Source: Nitrosopumilus sp. (GTDB taxonomy: Archaea > Thermoproteota > Nitrososphaeria > Nitrososphaerales > Nitrosopumilaceae). Taken from it: 64,000 nt of DNA. The DNA lies in NCBI GenBank assembly GCA_965203315.1, contig OZ241857.1, forward strand, positions 1,216,001 through 1,280,000. The letters are read 5' to 3'. Both the position numbers and the translations under genes were made by a program. Shown here one piece after another: positions 40,053 through 50,313 of the stretch; positions within the stretch are counted from its first letter, which is position 1, and the number at the start of each line of letters is the position of its first letter. The notes under the pieces are model-generated. The model ran no database searches. It saw only the letters and a list, made by a program, of their open reading frames with translations, and was not told the DNA's origin.

Positions 40053-41429
40053 TTGATGATAGTCTTGCTCCAGATCTTGGACTTGATCCGAGAACAGACG
40101 GGTGAGATAATTCCAATAGATATGTTAGATGTGGGATGGATTATGGACAGGATCATTGCCATACAAGATCTGCTGTTCAATAATATGATTATTCGTGATT
40201 CCCCAATATCATCTCCTGATATTATATTACTTGCAGCAGGAATAGTGATATTTCTAGGAGTTGCCGGTGAAGCGTTCTTTAAGAAGACCGGCATTCCTGA
40301 CGTTGCATTCTTGATGGTGCTTGGGGTTATAATCGGACCCGTCTTTGGTGTAATACAACCAGAGGTTGTGATCCAAGTTGTACCATACTTTGCTGCACTT
40401 GCATTGATCATCATAATGTTTGATGGTGGTCTAAATCTCGATATCAAACATGTGATAAAGACTGCACATTTTTCGTTCACGTTAGCTCTGTTGGGTTTTA
40501 TCGTATCTGTTGTAATAATTGCAACAGCTGCTCACTATGCATTAAATTGGACGTGGTTGGAGAGTATTCTATTAGCTGCAATCGTAGGTGGAAGTAGTTC
40601 AGCTATTGTATTTGGTCTGGTACGAAACATCAAGATATCCCAAGAGGCCAAGTCCATGTTAAGTTTTGAGTCAGCGTTGACCGATATCTTGGCTACAATT
40701 GTAGCGTTTATCATGTTCGAAGCAATCATCGCAGGACAGTTTGATCTACAAACACTACAAGAGACTTTGGGTAGAGCAGTGGTTGTGGGATTGATCTTGG
40801 GATTTGGTGTCGGGATTCCTTGGATGTATGTGTCGACAAAGTTGGGAAATGCGCAACATGCATACATGCTCACACTTGGAATCCTGTTTGTACTCTTCTT
40901 TTTGGCAAACTGGTTTGGAGAGTCAGGAGCACTAACTGCATTGGTGTTTGGTTTGATGATTGGAAACAAGAGTCATCTATCCAAGATACTACGATTCAAG
41001 TTACCAAAGATAGCAAGTGATGATCCAACACATAATCAATTGACATTTTTGGTACGATCGTTCTTCTTTGTGTTTGTCGGACTGTTGGCAAGTTTTGGGC
41101 AGATCGAATATATCGTATTTGGTATTGTGATCACAGTTGTAGTCTATTTTGGAAGAGCGATAGTAGGCAAGATCACACTTACAAAGAGATTCTCAAAACT
41201 AGATCGTGCAGTTACCAATACAATGATCCCTAGAGGACTCGCTGCGGCTGTACTTGCTACATATCCAATAACACTTGGACTGCCAAATGCTGAGGCGTAT
41301 CCACAGATCATATTCTTCATAATATTATCATCGGTGATAATTACAACCATAGGTTTGGGTAGATCAAAGAATATTCCTCCGCCTGAGGCAGTAGAAGGTG
41401 GATTTGTTAAACCGTCAAACAAGACCTAG
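40053..41429 (+). CDS. Cation:proton antiporter (CPA1/NhaP-like)
   Basis: Multi-TM. MFDGG, ESALTD, PRGLAAAVL. Confidence 0.9.
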   Translation: MMIVLLQILDLIREQTGEIIPIDMLDVGWIMDRIIAIQDLLFNNMIIRDSPISSPDIILLAAGIVIFLGVAGEAFFKKTGIPDVAFLMVLGVIIGPVFGVIQPEVVIQVVPYFAALALIIIMFDGGLNLDIKHVIKTAHFSFTLALLGFIVSVVIIATAAHYALNWTWLESILLAAIVGGSSSAIVFGLVRNIKISQEAKSMLSFESALTDILATIVAFIMFEAIIAGQFDLQTLQETLGRAVVVGLILGFGVGIPWMYVSTKLGNAQHAYMLTLGILFVLFFLANWFGESGALTALVFGLMIGNKSHLSKILRFKLPKIASDDPTHNQLTFLVRSFFFVFVGLLASFGQIEYIVFGIVITVVVYFGRAIVGKITLTKRFSKLDRAVTNTMIPRGLAAAVLATYPITLGLPNAEAYPQIIFFIILSSVIITTIGLGRSKNIPPPEAVEGGFVKPSNKT

Positions 41430-42331
41430 ATGCCTAGAAGATCTTTGAGTCCTTTGTATCGATTTCTGATAGTGACTTCTGTAACGCTAGAAGCTTGGGC
41501 GATATCTCTTTGAGTCTTGTCTTCATTATTCTTTACACATGCTAGATACAGAGCTGCCGCTGCTAATCCCATAGGATCTTTACCTGCAGATATCTCTTTA
41601 GCTTGGGCCTGTTTTAGAACCTTGACTGCATGGCGTTTTGTCTTCTCGGCTATGTCGAGCTGACTTGCAATTCTTGCAACACATTGGATCGAGTCCATTA
41701 CTGGCATCTTTAGTTCAAGTTCTTTGATTAGTAAACGATAACATCTAGCAATATCCTTTCGTTTTATGTTGGCAGCTTCTTCAACGTCTTTGAGGTTTCG
41801 TGGCGTCGCTGTGTCTCTACATGCAACGTATAATGCAGATGCCATAAGCGCAGAGATCGATCTACCACGGACTAGTCCTTTCTCGAGTGCCTTTCGATAA
41901 ATGTATGCAGCCTTTTCTATTACGGCGTTTGATATTGCAAGTTTGTCTTTGAGTCTGTTTAGTTCATTGAATGCTTGTCGAAAGTTTCTATCGGCAGAGT
42001 CATGTACTTGACTTCGACTATCCCATGTTCGAAGTCGTTCTATAGTACCTTTCATAGATGTTGTGAGTGGTTTACCTGCTGCGTCACGATTGATCGGATT
42101 GATTACAGTTGCAAGTCCCATATCGTGTATAGTTAGTGATGTTGGTGCTCCGGCTCTAGCTCGATCACCACGCTCGTCTTGTGCAAATGATCGCCACTCT
42201 GGTCCAGACTCTTGTAATCGTTCATTTTGTACAAATCCACATCTAGGACAATATACCTCGCCAGACTCACTGTCAGCAACTAGAATACCATGTCCACATC
42301 TAGGACACGTCTCTTTGCTTCTACCCACCAT
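41426..42331 (-). CDS. tfb: Transcription initiation factor IIB
   Basis: CPRC...CPRC Zn ribbon, GPEWR B-reader, GRSI, GKDPMGLAAA, VTEVTIRNRY. Confidence 0.96.
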   Translation of the reverse strand: MVGRSKETCPRCGHGILVADSESGEVYCPRCGFVQNERLQESGPEWRSFAQDERGDRARAGAPTSLTIHDMGLATVINPINRDAAGKPLTTSMKGTIERLRTWDSRSQVHDSADRNFRQAFNELNRLKDKLAISNAVIEKAAYIYRKALEKGLVRGRSISALMASALYVACRDTATPRNLKDVEEAANIKRKDIARCYRLLIKELELKMPVMDSIQCVARIASQLDIAEKTKRHAVKVLKQAQAKEISAGKDPMGLAAAALYLACVKNNEDKTQRDIAQASSVTEVTIRNRYKGLKDLLGI

Positions 42332-42455
42332 TTTAAGTTCTCTTTGAATCTTGCACAAGTCGGTATTTATGAATCAACAGTTTGTACCAGTACAAACACA
42401 TTATCATGATCAGATTTAGAGACAAAATAATAGTCTATGATGTCACTAGTACAAT

Positions 42456-43367
42456 ATGTGGTGGATGTGGTTGGTTTTAGTTCTAGGAGTAGTCTATGCA
42501 TTTGAGGTATATGGTGAGACCATCAATCAGAGTTTTGAGGGTGGTATGAATGTAGAGATCATGTATCCCAAAGAGATGATCTCTGGGAGAGATGGAGTGA
42601 TATCGATGTTGGTGAAGAATAATGGGTGGGAGGACAAGCAAGATATAACATTCGAGTTTTCGTCTACTCTGAGACTAGTTTTAGATCCAACAAACATAAC
42701 AATACCTCGACTTACGCAAGGTGGATCGATTGGCCAGACCACTAAACTCCAAGTGTTAGACGATATAGAGCCTGGGACATATTTTGTAAATCTTAGATAT
42801 ACACAAGTTTTGATAGCAAACAATGAGACGCCTCAACCACCCACATCTTTTGATATTGCAATACCAATATCTGTTATAGGAGATCCTAGAGTTATAATTC
42901 ACACAAAGATGCCTGAATCTATATTTGCAGATGCCGAATTTCCGATAGAGTTTGAGATCGTGTCAAAAGATATCGATATCAGTGATGTAAATCTAAGAAT
43001 AATTCCTCCAGATGATATTGAGTTTAGAGGTGAGACTCAACATCTACTGTCAAAGATCCAAAAAACCATACCAGTTGGAATTACATCTAGAATCATAACG
43101 CCACCAGACAACATTGGTATCGAACATAAACTTCCATTTCAAATAATAATCGAGTATGTTAATGATATCGGTGAAACTAAGACCGATTCACAAACAGTAT
43201 CTGTAGTGTTACGACCACGTACATTTATGGAATTGACACCAGATGGTGGAATATGGATTGGTAATTTCTTTATCGCGCCATATGTTAGTATTGGAACTAT
43301 TATTGGAATTCCGGCAGGTACTATACTTTCTCTACTTATCAAGAGACGACAAGATCGAAAAGGCTAA
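42456..43367 (+). CDS. Surface Ig-like (COG1361-like) protein with C-terminal TM
   Basis: Signal peptide, beta-rich, C-terminal anchor. Confidence 0.65.
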   Translation: MWWMWLVLVLGVVYAFEVYGETINQSFEGGMNVEIMYPKEMISGRDGVISMLVKNNGWEDKQDITFEFSSTLRLVLDPTNITIPRLTQGGSIGQTTKLQVLDDIEPGTYFVNLRYTQVLIANNETPQPPTSFDIAIPISVIGDPRVIIHTKMPESIFADAEFPIEFEIVSKDIDISDVNLRIIPPDDIEFRGETQHLLSKIQKTIPVGITSRIITPPDNIGIEHKLPFQIIIEYVNDIGETKTDSQTVSVVLRPRTFMELTPDGGIWIGNFFIAPYVSIGTIIGIPAGTILSLLIKRRQDRKG

Positions 43368-43660
43368 CCAAGTCTTGTTTGTATGTGTGTAGTATATTTG
43401 GAGCTATACTCGTTAAAGATATCAATCTTATCCCATGCTAAAGCCATTGCGCCTGGTCTACTGTTTATGTGTTGTACTGCTGCTTGATGTTCGTGTAAGA
43501 TCGATAACAGCTGCTCATTGGTACATGTATCGAGTTTAGAGATCAAGAGTTGGAGTTCAAGGTCAAGGATCTCTCTAGTCTCAATAGCTGGTGGCATAGC
43601 ACCGATTATCTCTTTTGTCGTAATATTACCAAAGACCTTTCTATCTAGTTTGTGCAACAC
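43364..43660 (-). CDS. Conserved hypothetical protein
   Basis: Clean ORF (INSRPGAMALA). Confidence 0.7.
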   Translation of the reverse strand: MLHKLDRKVFGNITTKEIIGAMPPAIETREILDLELQLLISKLDTCTNEQLLSILHEHQAAVQHINSRPGAMALAWDKIDIFNEYSSKYTTHIQTRLG

Positions 43661-43697
43661 TTGAAAGATTTGAACATCTAGATATAAACTCGAATAT

Positions 43698-43943
43698 CTA
43701 GCTCAGCTCGCCAAGAAAGTGGACCGTATCACTATTTACGATAACTGTTCTGTCTTTTGGTACACGATAGAGTTTTTTGGAACCGTTTGGGTGTTGAACA
43801 ATAATCTTAGAGTAGGGATCCTTGATTGATTTGTACGATACTCCTCTGTCACCGACCGACTGAGACCAGTTGGTTCCATGAAGGAAGATTATCGTCTGAA
43901 AACGAACAACTACGTATGAATAGACCATCACATATAGATACAA
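43698..43943 (-). CDS. Conserved hypothetical protein
   Basis: Clean ORF co-oriented with its neighbour. Confidence 0.62.
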   Translation of the reverse strand: MYLYVMVYSYVVVRFQTIIFLHGTNWSQSVGDRGVSYKSIKDPYSKIIVQHPNGSKKLYRVPKDRTVIVNSDTVHFLGELS

Positions 43944-44056
43944 GCCTCAGTTCATTAAAGATTTCTTTTTAGGGACCAAGCTATACGGACATGGAAGGTT
44001 CTCCAAGATCTACATTTCGCATTTTAGTCATTATCTCTTAACTAGATCTGTCTACA

Positions 44057-44373
44057 TGTTTTGGACCATGTTAGTGGAGGACGGAAATAAATTTACACTG
44101 GTCTCAGCGATTTCCTATCATGCTCAACATTTTGCCACTCTCGACTATCAGTTAACCCAATGTGTGTCTTTAGTGGAAGATATTACAATATCTAAAAAGA
44201 AACATTACTCAATTGGCTCTGCAACCACGAATCTGTTTTAGAACAACAACCAGCAAAACCGTTTGGTCGTCTTTCATGTCTAGAAATATCACTTTCATTA
44301 CAACTTTTGATTAGGAAAACGCCTATGGAAAAATTATCGCGGATGTCCACTAGGTAATAATCTCAGCAAAACA
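44057..44373 (+). mobile_element. Possible decayed IS481/IS3-type remnant
   Basis: TGTTTTG...CAAAACA ends and a ...RKTPMEKL tail. Confidence 0.35.
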
Positions 44374-44428
44374 TTGTACTGTCTTTTCAAAAAAACACAT
44401 TTGGGTTAACTAAAGTACTGTACATCTA

Positions 44429-45346
44429 GTGTACTTCACAATAAGAATTTATTACCCTAGTTGCCAAGTTGCAGTATTGTCCAGTGTAGATACAGAAAGA
44501 GGCAACATAAGATGCTCAGTATGTGATTTACAATTTATGCACAGTGAGATAAAATGGCGTCCCATGCAAATGGAATATTTCAGTGAAGAAAGTATGAAAA
44601 ATATGAAAAATAGGGGAGCAGATCCAAGACTCCTTCGTGAAATACGAAAGAGGAAAGAAGAGATGAGACATCTTCAAATAAAATTGCGTAGCAACAAGTA
44701 TAACTCGGTAATAGATTCCATCATAAGAAAGATCAAGAATAGTTGTGATGATGACTTTGTAAAAAAGTACAAAGTCAGTATGTTAGAGTTTACCAAAGAG
44801 ATTCGAAAGAGACTCAAGCCAGATGTAAGAAAGTATGTAGATAATTTTACAATGTATCCAGGATGGATATTTGGATGCTATGGCTTTCCATATAAAGATG
44901 AATGTCCAGGATGTAAGTCTGACATAATACTAGTTTGGTTAGGACTTGAATCCATGAAATATAGCTACAATACAGGTGCCAAAGGGAATGATGACTGGAC
45001 CATATTCAAATGTAAATCATGTAAAACAAAGATTGTTGCCGAAGAGCACGTCTGGCACTATGTTAATAACTCAGAAAATGAATTTTTGAGGACCATATGC
45101 CAAAACTGCCACAAACCACAAAAGTATCCATACGCATTTTCATGGATGCCATTAGAGGTATTTAGTGGTGGAACACATGCTCAGGTACACAAACAGTGGT
45201 ATCCCGAATGGATATTCGCTAGACAGACAGTGTATACATACGATGAAGATGTTGGTCTAGTCGATACAGAGATATACACGGTGGTAAAAGATGAAGCTCT
45301 TGCAAAGAGAGTGTCAAAAATATTCGAACAACTAGATAAGAGATAG
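44429..45346 (+). CDS. Orphan multi-CxxC (Zn-binding) protein
   Basis: CSVC, CPGC, CKSC, CQNC. Start uncertain. Confidence 0.65.
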   Translation: MYFTIRIYYPSCQVAVLSSVDTERGNIRCSVCDLQFMHSEIKWRPMQMEYFSEESMKNMKNRGADPRLLREIRKRKEEMRHLQIKLRSNKYNSVIDSIIRKIKNSCDDDFVKKYKVSMLEFTKEIRKRLKPDVRKYVDNFTMYPGWIFGCYGFPYKDECPGCKSDIILVWLGLESMKYSYNTGAKGNDDWTIFKCKSCKTKIVAEEHVWHYVNNSENEFLRTICQNCHKPQKYPYAFSWMPLEVFSGGTHAQVHKQWYPEWIFARQTVYTYDEDVGLVDTEIYTVVKDEALAKRVSKIFEQLDKR

Positions 45347-45403
45347 TTCAAATATCTTTGATACAACTGCTTCAAGACCTGTGAGAGAGTTTTGTAATCT
45401 ATA

Positions 45404-45543
45404 TATCGTATGCGTATTTCTTATGTCTCGTACATATTTGAGGTGCAACGAAACATACATGTGTGATTTCTAGAGGCAAATTGATTCATTGTTGTCGTGT
45501 TTGATGATTGGACATGGGCACTCTTAATAATACGCATACAGTC
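45404..45543. mobile_element. MITE family B, copy 2
   Basis: Near-identical to 48042-48179. Truncates the relE-like gene. Confidence 0.85.
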
Positions 45544-45722
45544 TAATGATTCGATATTTTCCGACCCTGACCTTGTAGTCGTTTGAATTTACTAACGGCG
45601 TAACATGACTGTATGGGTCTACTTTGATATCGCTCACCATATTCAAAATTCTTATACATTCGTGTTTGAAGTTTGTTGAGATCCTTTTGAGAATTGTTGG
45701 TCCAAAATACAGTCCATTCCAT
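45544..45722 (-). pseudogene. RelE/ParE-family toxin, frameshifted and MITE-truncated
   Basis: MEWTVFWTNNSQKDLNKL, then a frameshift, then ECIRILNMVSDIKVDPY...YKVRVGKYRII, cut by the MITE. Confidence 0.8.
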
Positions 45723-45827
45723 AATTTCACTTGGGTTTGCAATCTACTATTGAAGGCACTGAAGATACTGCAATACTAATGTTCTGATAGTGTTTACACA
45801 TCATATCCATCATAGACTTCATATCTT

Positions 45828-46082
45828 TTATAATTTGTTCATCTTTGTAATTGCCACCAACATCTCTTCATGTGTAATAACTTGGCCGTTTTTAACTTGT
45901 TCGGCGCCTTTTTTAATATCTAATCGATCTTGGATGGTCAACATGGTGTCCTCTTTGTCCATTAGATGAATAATCCTTTCAACGACAGACTCAAGCGATT
46001 CGTCAGGATGGTGCTTGTATTTTTTACATATATCTTCAGATGTATCGGATATTTTGATTATAGCCATCTGTACATCAAACAT
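45828..46082 (-). CDS. Putative antitoxin (RelB-like, RHH)
   Basis: IIKISD...ESLESVVERII...DIKKGAEQVKNGQVITHEE, upstream of the relE remnant. Confidence 0.72.
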   Translation of the reverse strand: MFDVQMAIIKISDTSEDICKKYKHHPDESLESVVERIIHLMDKEDTMLTIQDRLDIKKGAEQVKNGQVITHEEMLVAITKMNKL

Positions 46083-46111
46083 CTATGTAATATTTAACTG
46101 CGAGATATTGT

Positions 46112-46840
46112 GGTTCTGTGAAGTTATCGGGAGTTGAGATTTTAAGCATGAAAGATTGCAAGATCGTTCAACCATACAAATATCATAAACAAAAAAAGAG
46201 AAAAATTAAAGCGATCTCTTGTAGAGGCTTGCATTCTGGATGATTGTTCTCCACTTGTTGGGTCCATCGATCAAGATCAGTTCTTCTTCAGCTGGAGTCT
46301 TGCCTCCCAGACTCTCGTGTTTTTGGTACAATTGTAAAATGTTCTAAATCCACCTACCAGACTTGTATCATCTTTCTTGAGACCTCTAAATGCTACTTCT
46401 CGATCTCGGATTGTACTATTCAGTCGCTCCATCTTGTTGTTATTATCTCTTGATCTCTTGCCTGTGAGATGAATGTGTTTGATGTGTCTCGTCTTTTTCC
46501 GAATATACGCTTACTAGATTTCTCATAGGCTGGTAGGCCGTCCGTGATGAAATTGATTGGTCTCTTACTAGTCTGTTCCAGAGTTTGACATAGAAACTGA
46601 TCGGCATTGTGCATATACGTTGAATCTGCCACTTCATATGTAATCCAATATCGTGTATCATCGTCCATGAAACTATACAGGTATCTTTACAATCCAGATA
46701 TCTTGAGATACAACTCGTCAGCGCGGTACCATTTACCTACACGTGGTATGATCTATCCATGTATGCACAAGACAGATCAAAATATTTGTCAATCCAGTTG
46801 TATATTGAGCGGTACGATACCTTGTGAAATAACGTTTTAA
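46112..46840 (-). mobile_element. IS6-family DDE transposase pseudogene with right end
   Basis: WYRADEL...MDDDTRYW...FITDGLPAY...NNNKMERLNSTIRDRE...GKTPAE across frameshifts. End GGTTCTGT at 46112. Confidence 0.82.
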
Positions 46841-46976
46841 TACTAGATTTATTTATCTATAATTAAATACAAGTCGTGTATCAAATTGTAGGAAATTTTT
46901 GTTTGTGTATTGTGTTTTTGGTATAAAATTGCCTAAATATAATCTCCTTTTATGTTAAAGACGCTTACTTTAGTTA

Positions 46977-47900
46977 GTGTTGACAGAAAATATCCCTAGT
47001 GAATATGATGCTGGGCATGAATCACATGCTTGTGATAACAATTCCACTATCACCGATATTGAACGAGGTGAGATGGTTTGTGGAGGATGTGGTCTAATAC
47101 TAATGCAAAAGATGCCAGATACATCATATCAAGGAAAGCATTTAGTCGGTGACGACTTTATGAAGCATTCAAGGACTGGTCCTGCAATATCATTAACGAT
47201 GTATGATAAGGGACTCTCAACCATAATTGGTAAAAATACAGACTCGACAGGAGCTAAATTGTCCAATAAAACAAAGTATGAGTTTAATCGACTCCGAGTT
47301 TGGGATCAACGTAGTAAGTCAAGAGCTACAACTAGACTCGGTAAAGCGTTGACTTCACTGCATGGAATGAAGACAAAGTTGAGTGTTCCAGATAACGTCG
47401 TTGAGAATGCTGCGTATATCTATCGGAAAGCAGTAAGTGCAGGAATGACACGCGGAAGAACTACATCTTCATTGATTGCTGCCTCTTTATATGCTGCGTG
47501 TAGAGAACATGGCATTCCAAGAACATTGAATGATGTTGCAGATGCAGTAAATGTTGAGAAGAAGATATTGTCTAGAGATTTGAGAATGTTGATCAAGAAA
47601 CTAGATCTAAACCTAAACCAATATGACACAACATCGTTTATCTCCAAGCTCTCAAACAATCTAAGCCTAAAAGAGAAGATAAAGCGCGATGCAATAGACA
47701 TCTTGGAAAGATGTAAAGATCAACAAATTACTGCAGGAAAACATCCAGTTGCCCAAGCTGCAGCTGCGCTTTATATTGCAACATTGCTAAATGGACAGAA
47801 CTTGAGTCAGAAACGACTTGCAAAAGAATCTGGAATTAGTGACGTAACTATACGAAATATCGTAGTGTCAATTAAAAAAACACTAAAGATTACCGACTAG
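46977..47900 (+). CDS. tfb: Transcription initiation factor IIB paralog
   Basis: RGEMVCGGCG, SRTGP, RGRTT, GKHPVAQAAA, ISDVTIRN. Confidence 0.93.
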   Translation: MLTENIPSEYDAGHESHACDNNSTITDIERGEMVCGGCGLILMQKMPDTSYQGKHLVGDDFMKHSRTGPAISLTMYDKGLSTIIGKNTDSTGAKLSNKTKYEFNRLRVWDQRSKSRATTRLGKALTSLHGMKTKLSVPDNVVENAAYIYRKAVSAGMTRGRTTSSLIAASLYAACREHGIPRTLNDVADAVNVEKKILSRDLRMLIKKLDLNLNQYDTTSFISKLSNNLSLKEKIKRDAIDILERCKDQQITAGKHPVAQAAAALYIATLLNGQNLSQKRLAKESGISDVTIRNIVVSIKKTLKITD

Positions 47901-47929
47901 ATACTTTTCTTCCATCATATTTTTTATTA

Positions 47930-48041
47930 GGCGATTAGCTACATGGCCCTAACATGTACTGAACCAATAAATCAAACAGATCGCAATCTCGATTACTGTA
48001 TCGCCACTCCATCTCCTTGAGATACAATAAGAATTTCTTTA
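47930..48041 (-). mobile_element. IS1595-family end fragment, cut by a family B MITE
   Basis: Highly similar to 12547-12660. Confidence 0.75.
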
Positions 48042-48179
48042 GAGTGTATGCGTATTTCTTATGTCTCGTACATATTTGAGGTACAGTGAAACACACATGT
48101 GATTTCTAAAGGCAAATTGGTTCATTGTTGTCATGTTTGATGATTGGGTATGGACATTCTCAATAATACGCATACAGTC
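48042..48179. mobile_element. MITE family B, copy 3
   Basis: TIR GAGTGTATGCGTATT / AATACGCATACAGTC with TTA|TTA duplication. Confidence 0.88.
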
Positions 48180-48230
48180 TTATGTTTATATTAGATTTTT
48201 ATTTTAGTCTGTAAAGATGACACCGATTAA

Positions 48231-48438
48231 CATACATTACAACCATACATTACAACCATACATTACAACCATACATTACAACCATACATTACAACCATAC
48301 ATTACAACCATACATTACAACCATACATTACAACCATACATTACAACCATACATTACAACCATACATTACAACCATACATTACAACCATACATTACAACC
48401 ATACATTACAACCATACATTACAACCATACATTACAAC
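48231..48438. repeat. Perfect tandem repeat, 16 x CATACATTACAAC
   Basis: Directly visible; no spacers and no mismatches. Confidence 0.97.
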
Positions 48439-48780
48439 CAAGAATAGATTGTTAATTACTATACCAAGGAGTGATAAACTCTGAATATTGGTGTGGTACA
48501 TCCAATGTTAAATTTATTAGGCGGGTCTGAACAAACCACGAGATCAATATTACAAACACTGGTAGATTATAGACATAATGTTACACTTTACACGATGACA
48601 GATTCATGTATAGAAATTCCTGATAACGTTCATATTAAAAAACAAAAAATATTATTTAACACATCTTGGGAAATTTTATACAATACACACAAATTGTTCA
48701 AAAAAACAAAAAGTTGTGATATGATTATAATAAGCAGTGGTGGTCTCTCTTTTTCTGAATCCAACAAAAATACAATACTA

Positions 48781-50313
48781 TAGTCACGAACATAATTATT
48801 TTCCGGTTCGTTTTTGCCAAATGATGTGATTTCTTTCAACATACTCGTTGAAATCACATTGATCATAAAACATACGAGGCAATAACAACAAAAAATCACT
48901 GATTATTAGTTCATGGTTGGAAATAAACAAAGATGATTAGTGACCAAAATTTAAAATGTCCAATGGCGCACAAAAAATTTAAATTTTTGTTAATGTTGGT
49001 ATTGAACAATAATAATTAACTAATTGATCATGTTTAGTTGACTATACATGTTTATTTGTTACTATCTTTTATGATATGTAATGAATCAAGTATGTGAGGA
49101 TATGGTTAACTACATCAAAAACATGCCAAACCATAACGTACAAAAAAGAATTATTGTTGTACTAATGGTACTAAATTTTAGTTACACACAAGTAAAAGCT
49201 GCAGAGATGGCAGGAATTACACCTCGCACCGTATTTAATTGGATTACACGGTATCAGAAAGAAGGAATTGAGGGACTCAAAGACAAGTCAGGTCGAGGAA
49301 GGAAACCAAAAGTATCTAACCGAATGTTTGAGTACATACTGGGACTCGACAGCACCACAACAGTACAAAGAATTTTAGAGTTGGTTTTCAATATAACAAA
49401 AGTACGATATCATCCCAGCACAATACGACGCAGAATGAGAGAGCTAAGACGCTCTGCAAAGAGCTATGTCCAAGTACATTTCACTAATCGAGCCAGTGAT
49501 GAAATGATAAAAAAATTCCAAAGAGCCAACATATCTTGGATTTCACGTCTAAACAACATGGGATTTCTAGTGATGGCAGTAGATGAGATGCACATCAACA
49601 CCCACACAAAACGTCGTGTAAAAAGTTGGTCAAGGATAGGTGAAAAGATACGCATGCTAGCAGTAGCAGGAAAAGCTGAGAGAATAACAATATTTGGAGG
49701 AATCAGCACTAACGGAAAAATATGTCATACAATACGTCATTCAGCAAATTCTAAAGACTTTATAGCATTTATGAAGATCATACGAAAGATGCGTCCCATG
49801 ATAGAACCAATAATACTCATCCTTGACGGTGCATCCTGTCACACTAGTCAAATAAGTAGACGATTTGCAAAAGAAAATAACATAAAGTTAGTGCAATTAC
49901 CAGCTGCTGTTCCTGAACTCAATGCATCAGAAGCACTCTGGAAACAGTTTAGACAATATACTCCAGTCAACAAAGTCTTTAAAACACTACGATCTCTAGA
50001 GAAACATGCAGATGAAACTATGAAAATCATGAAATGCAACGCAAATGTCATGGGTTGTCTTAAGAGAAAGATAATTACGCCAAAAATATAGCTTGAAATT
50101 ACAAAAATCATTGTGTCGTGCAAGAATAAATCATGCAGACGACCATAAAATTTTGATTGTTTTGTGTATTGGCGTGAATATCTTTACAACAAATCAAAAT
50201 TTATCTGACTTTTTTCGTATTTTATGATAATCGTTGTGATTTGAGCTACACGATTAACAAAAGGCAACACGATTGCTTAACAACGAACCGGAAAATAATT
50301 ATGTTCGTGACTA
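48781..50313 (+). mobile_element. Complete IS630-family element
   Basis: Perfect 32-bp TIR TAGTCACGAACATAATTATTTTCCGGTTCGTT with TA target duplication. Confidence 0.95.
49081..50091 (+). CDS. IS630-family transposase
   Basis: HTH (TVFNWITRY...GRGRKPK), AVDEM, ILDGASCH, PELNASEALW. Confidence 0.94.
   Translation: MNQVCEDMVNYIKNMPNHNVQKRIIVVLMVLNFSYTQVKAAEMAGITPRTVFNWITRYQKEGIEGLKDKSGRGRKPKVSNRMFEYILGLDSTTTVQRILELVFNITKVRYHPSTIRRRMRELRRSAKSYVQVHFTNRASDEMIKKFQRANISWISRLNNMGFLVMAVDEMHINTHTKRRVKSWSRIGEKIRMLAVAGKAERITIFGGISTNGKICHTIRHSANSKDFIAFMKIIRKMRPMIEPIILILDGASCHTSQISRRFAKENNIKLVQLPAAVPELNASEALWKQFRQYTPVNKVFKTLRSLEKHADETMKIMKCNANVMGCLKRKIITPKI

Noticed and set aside
45100-45112. c-type heme motif CQNCH
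   Set aside because: A single motif among other CxxC pairs with no signal peptide; more likely Zn binding.
48217-48447. CRISPR array or 76-aa repeat protein
   Set aside because: Identical head-to-tail 13-mers with no spacers and no cas genes. The ORF is a by-product of a stop-free repeat.
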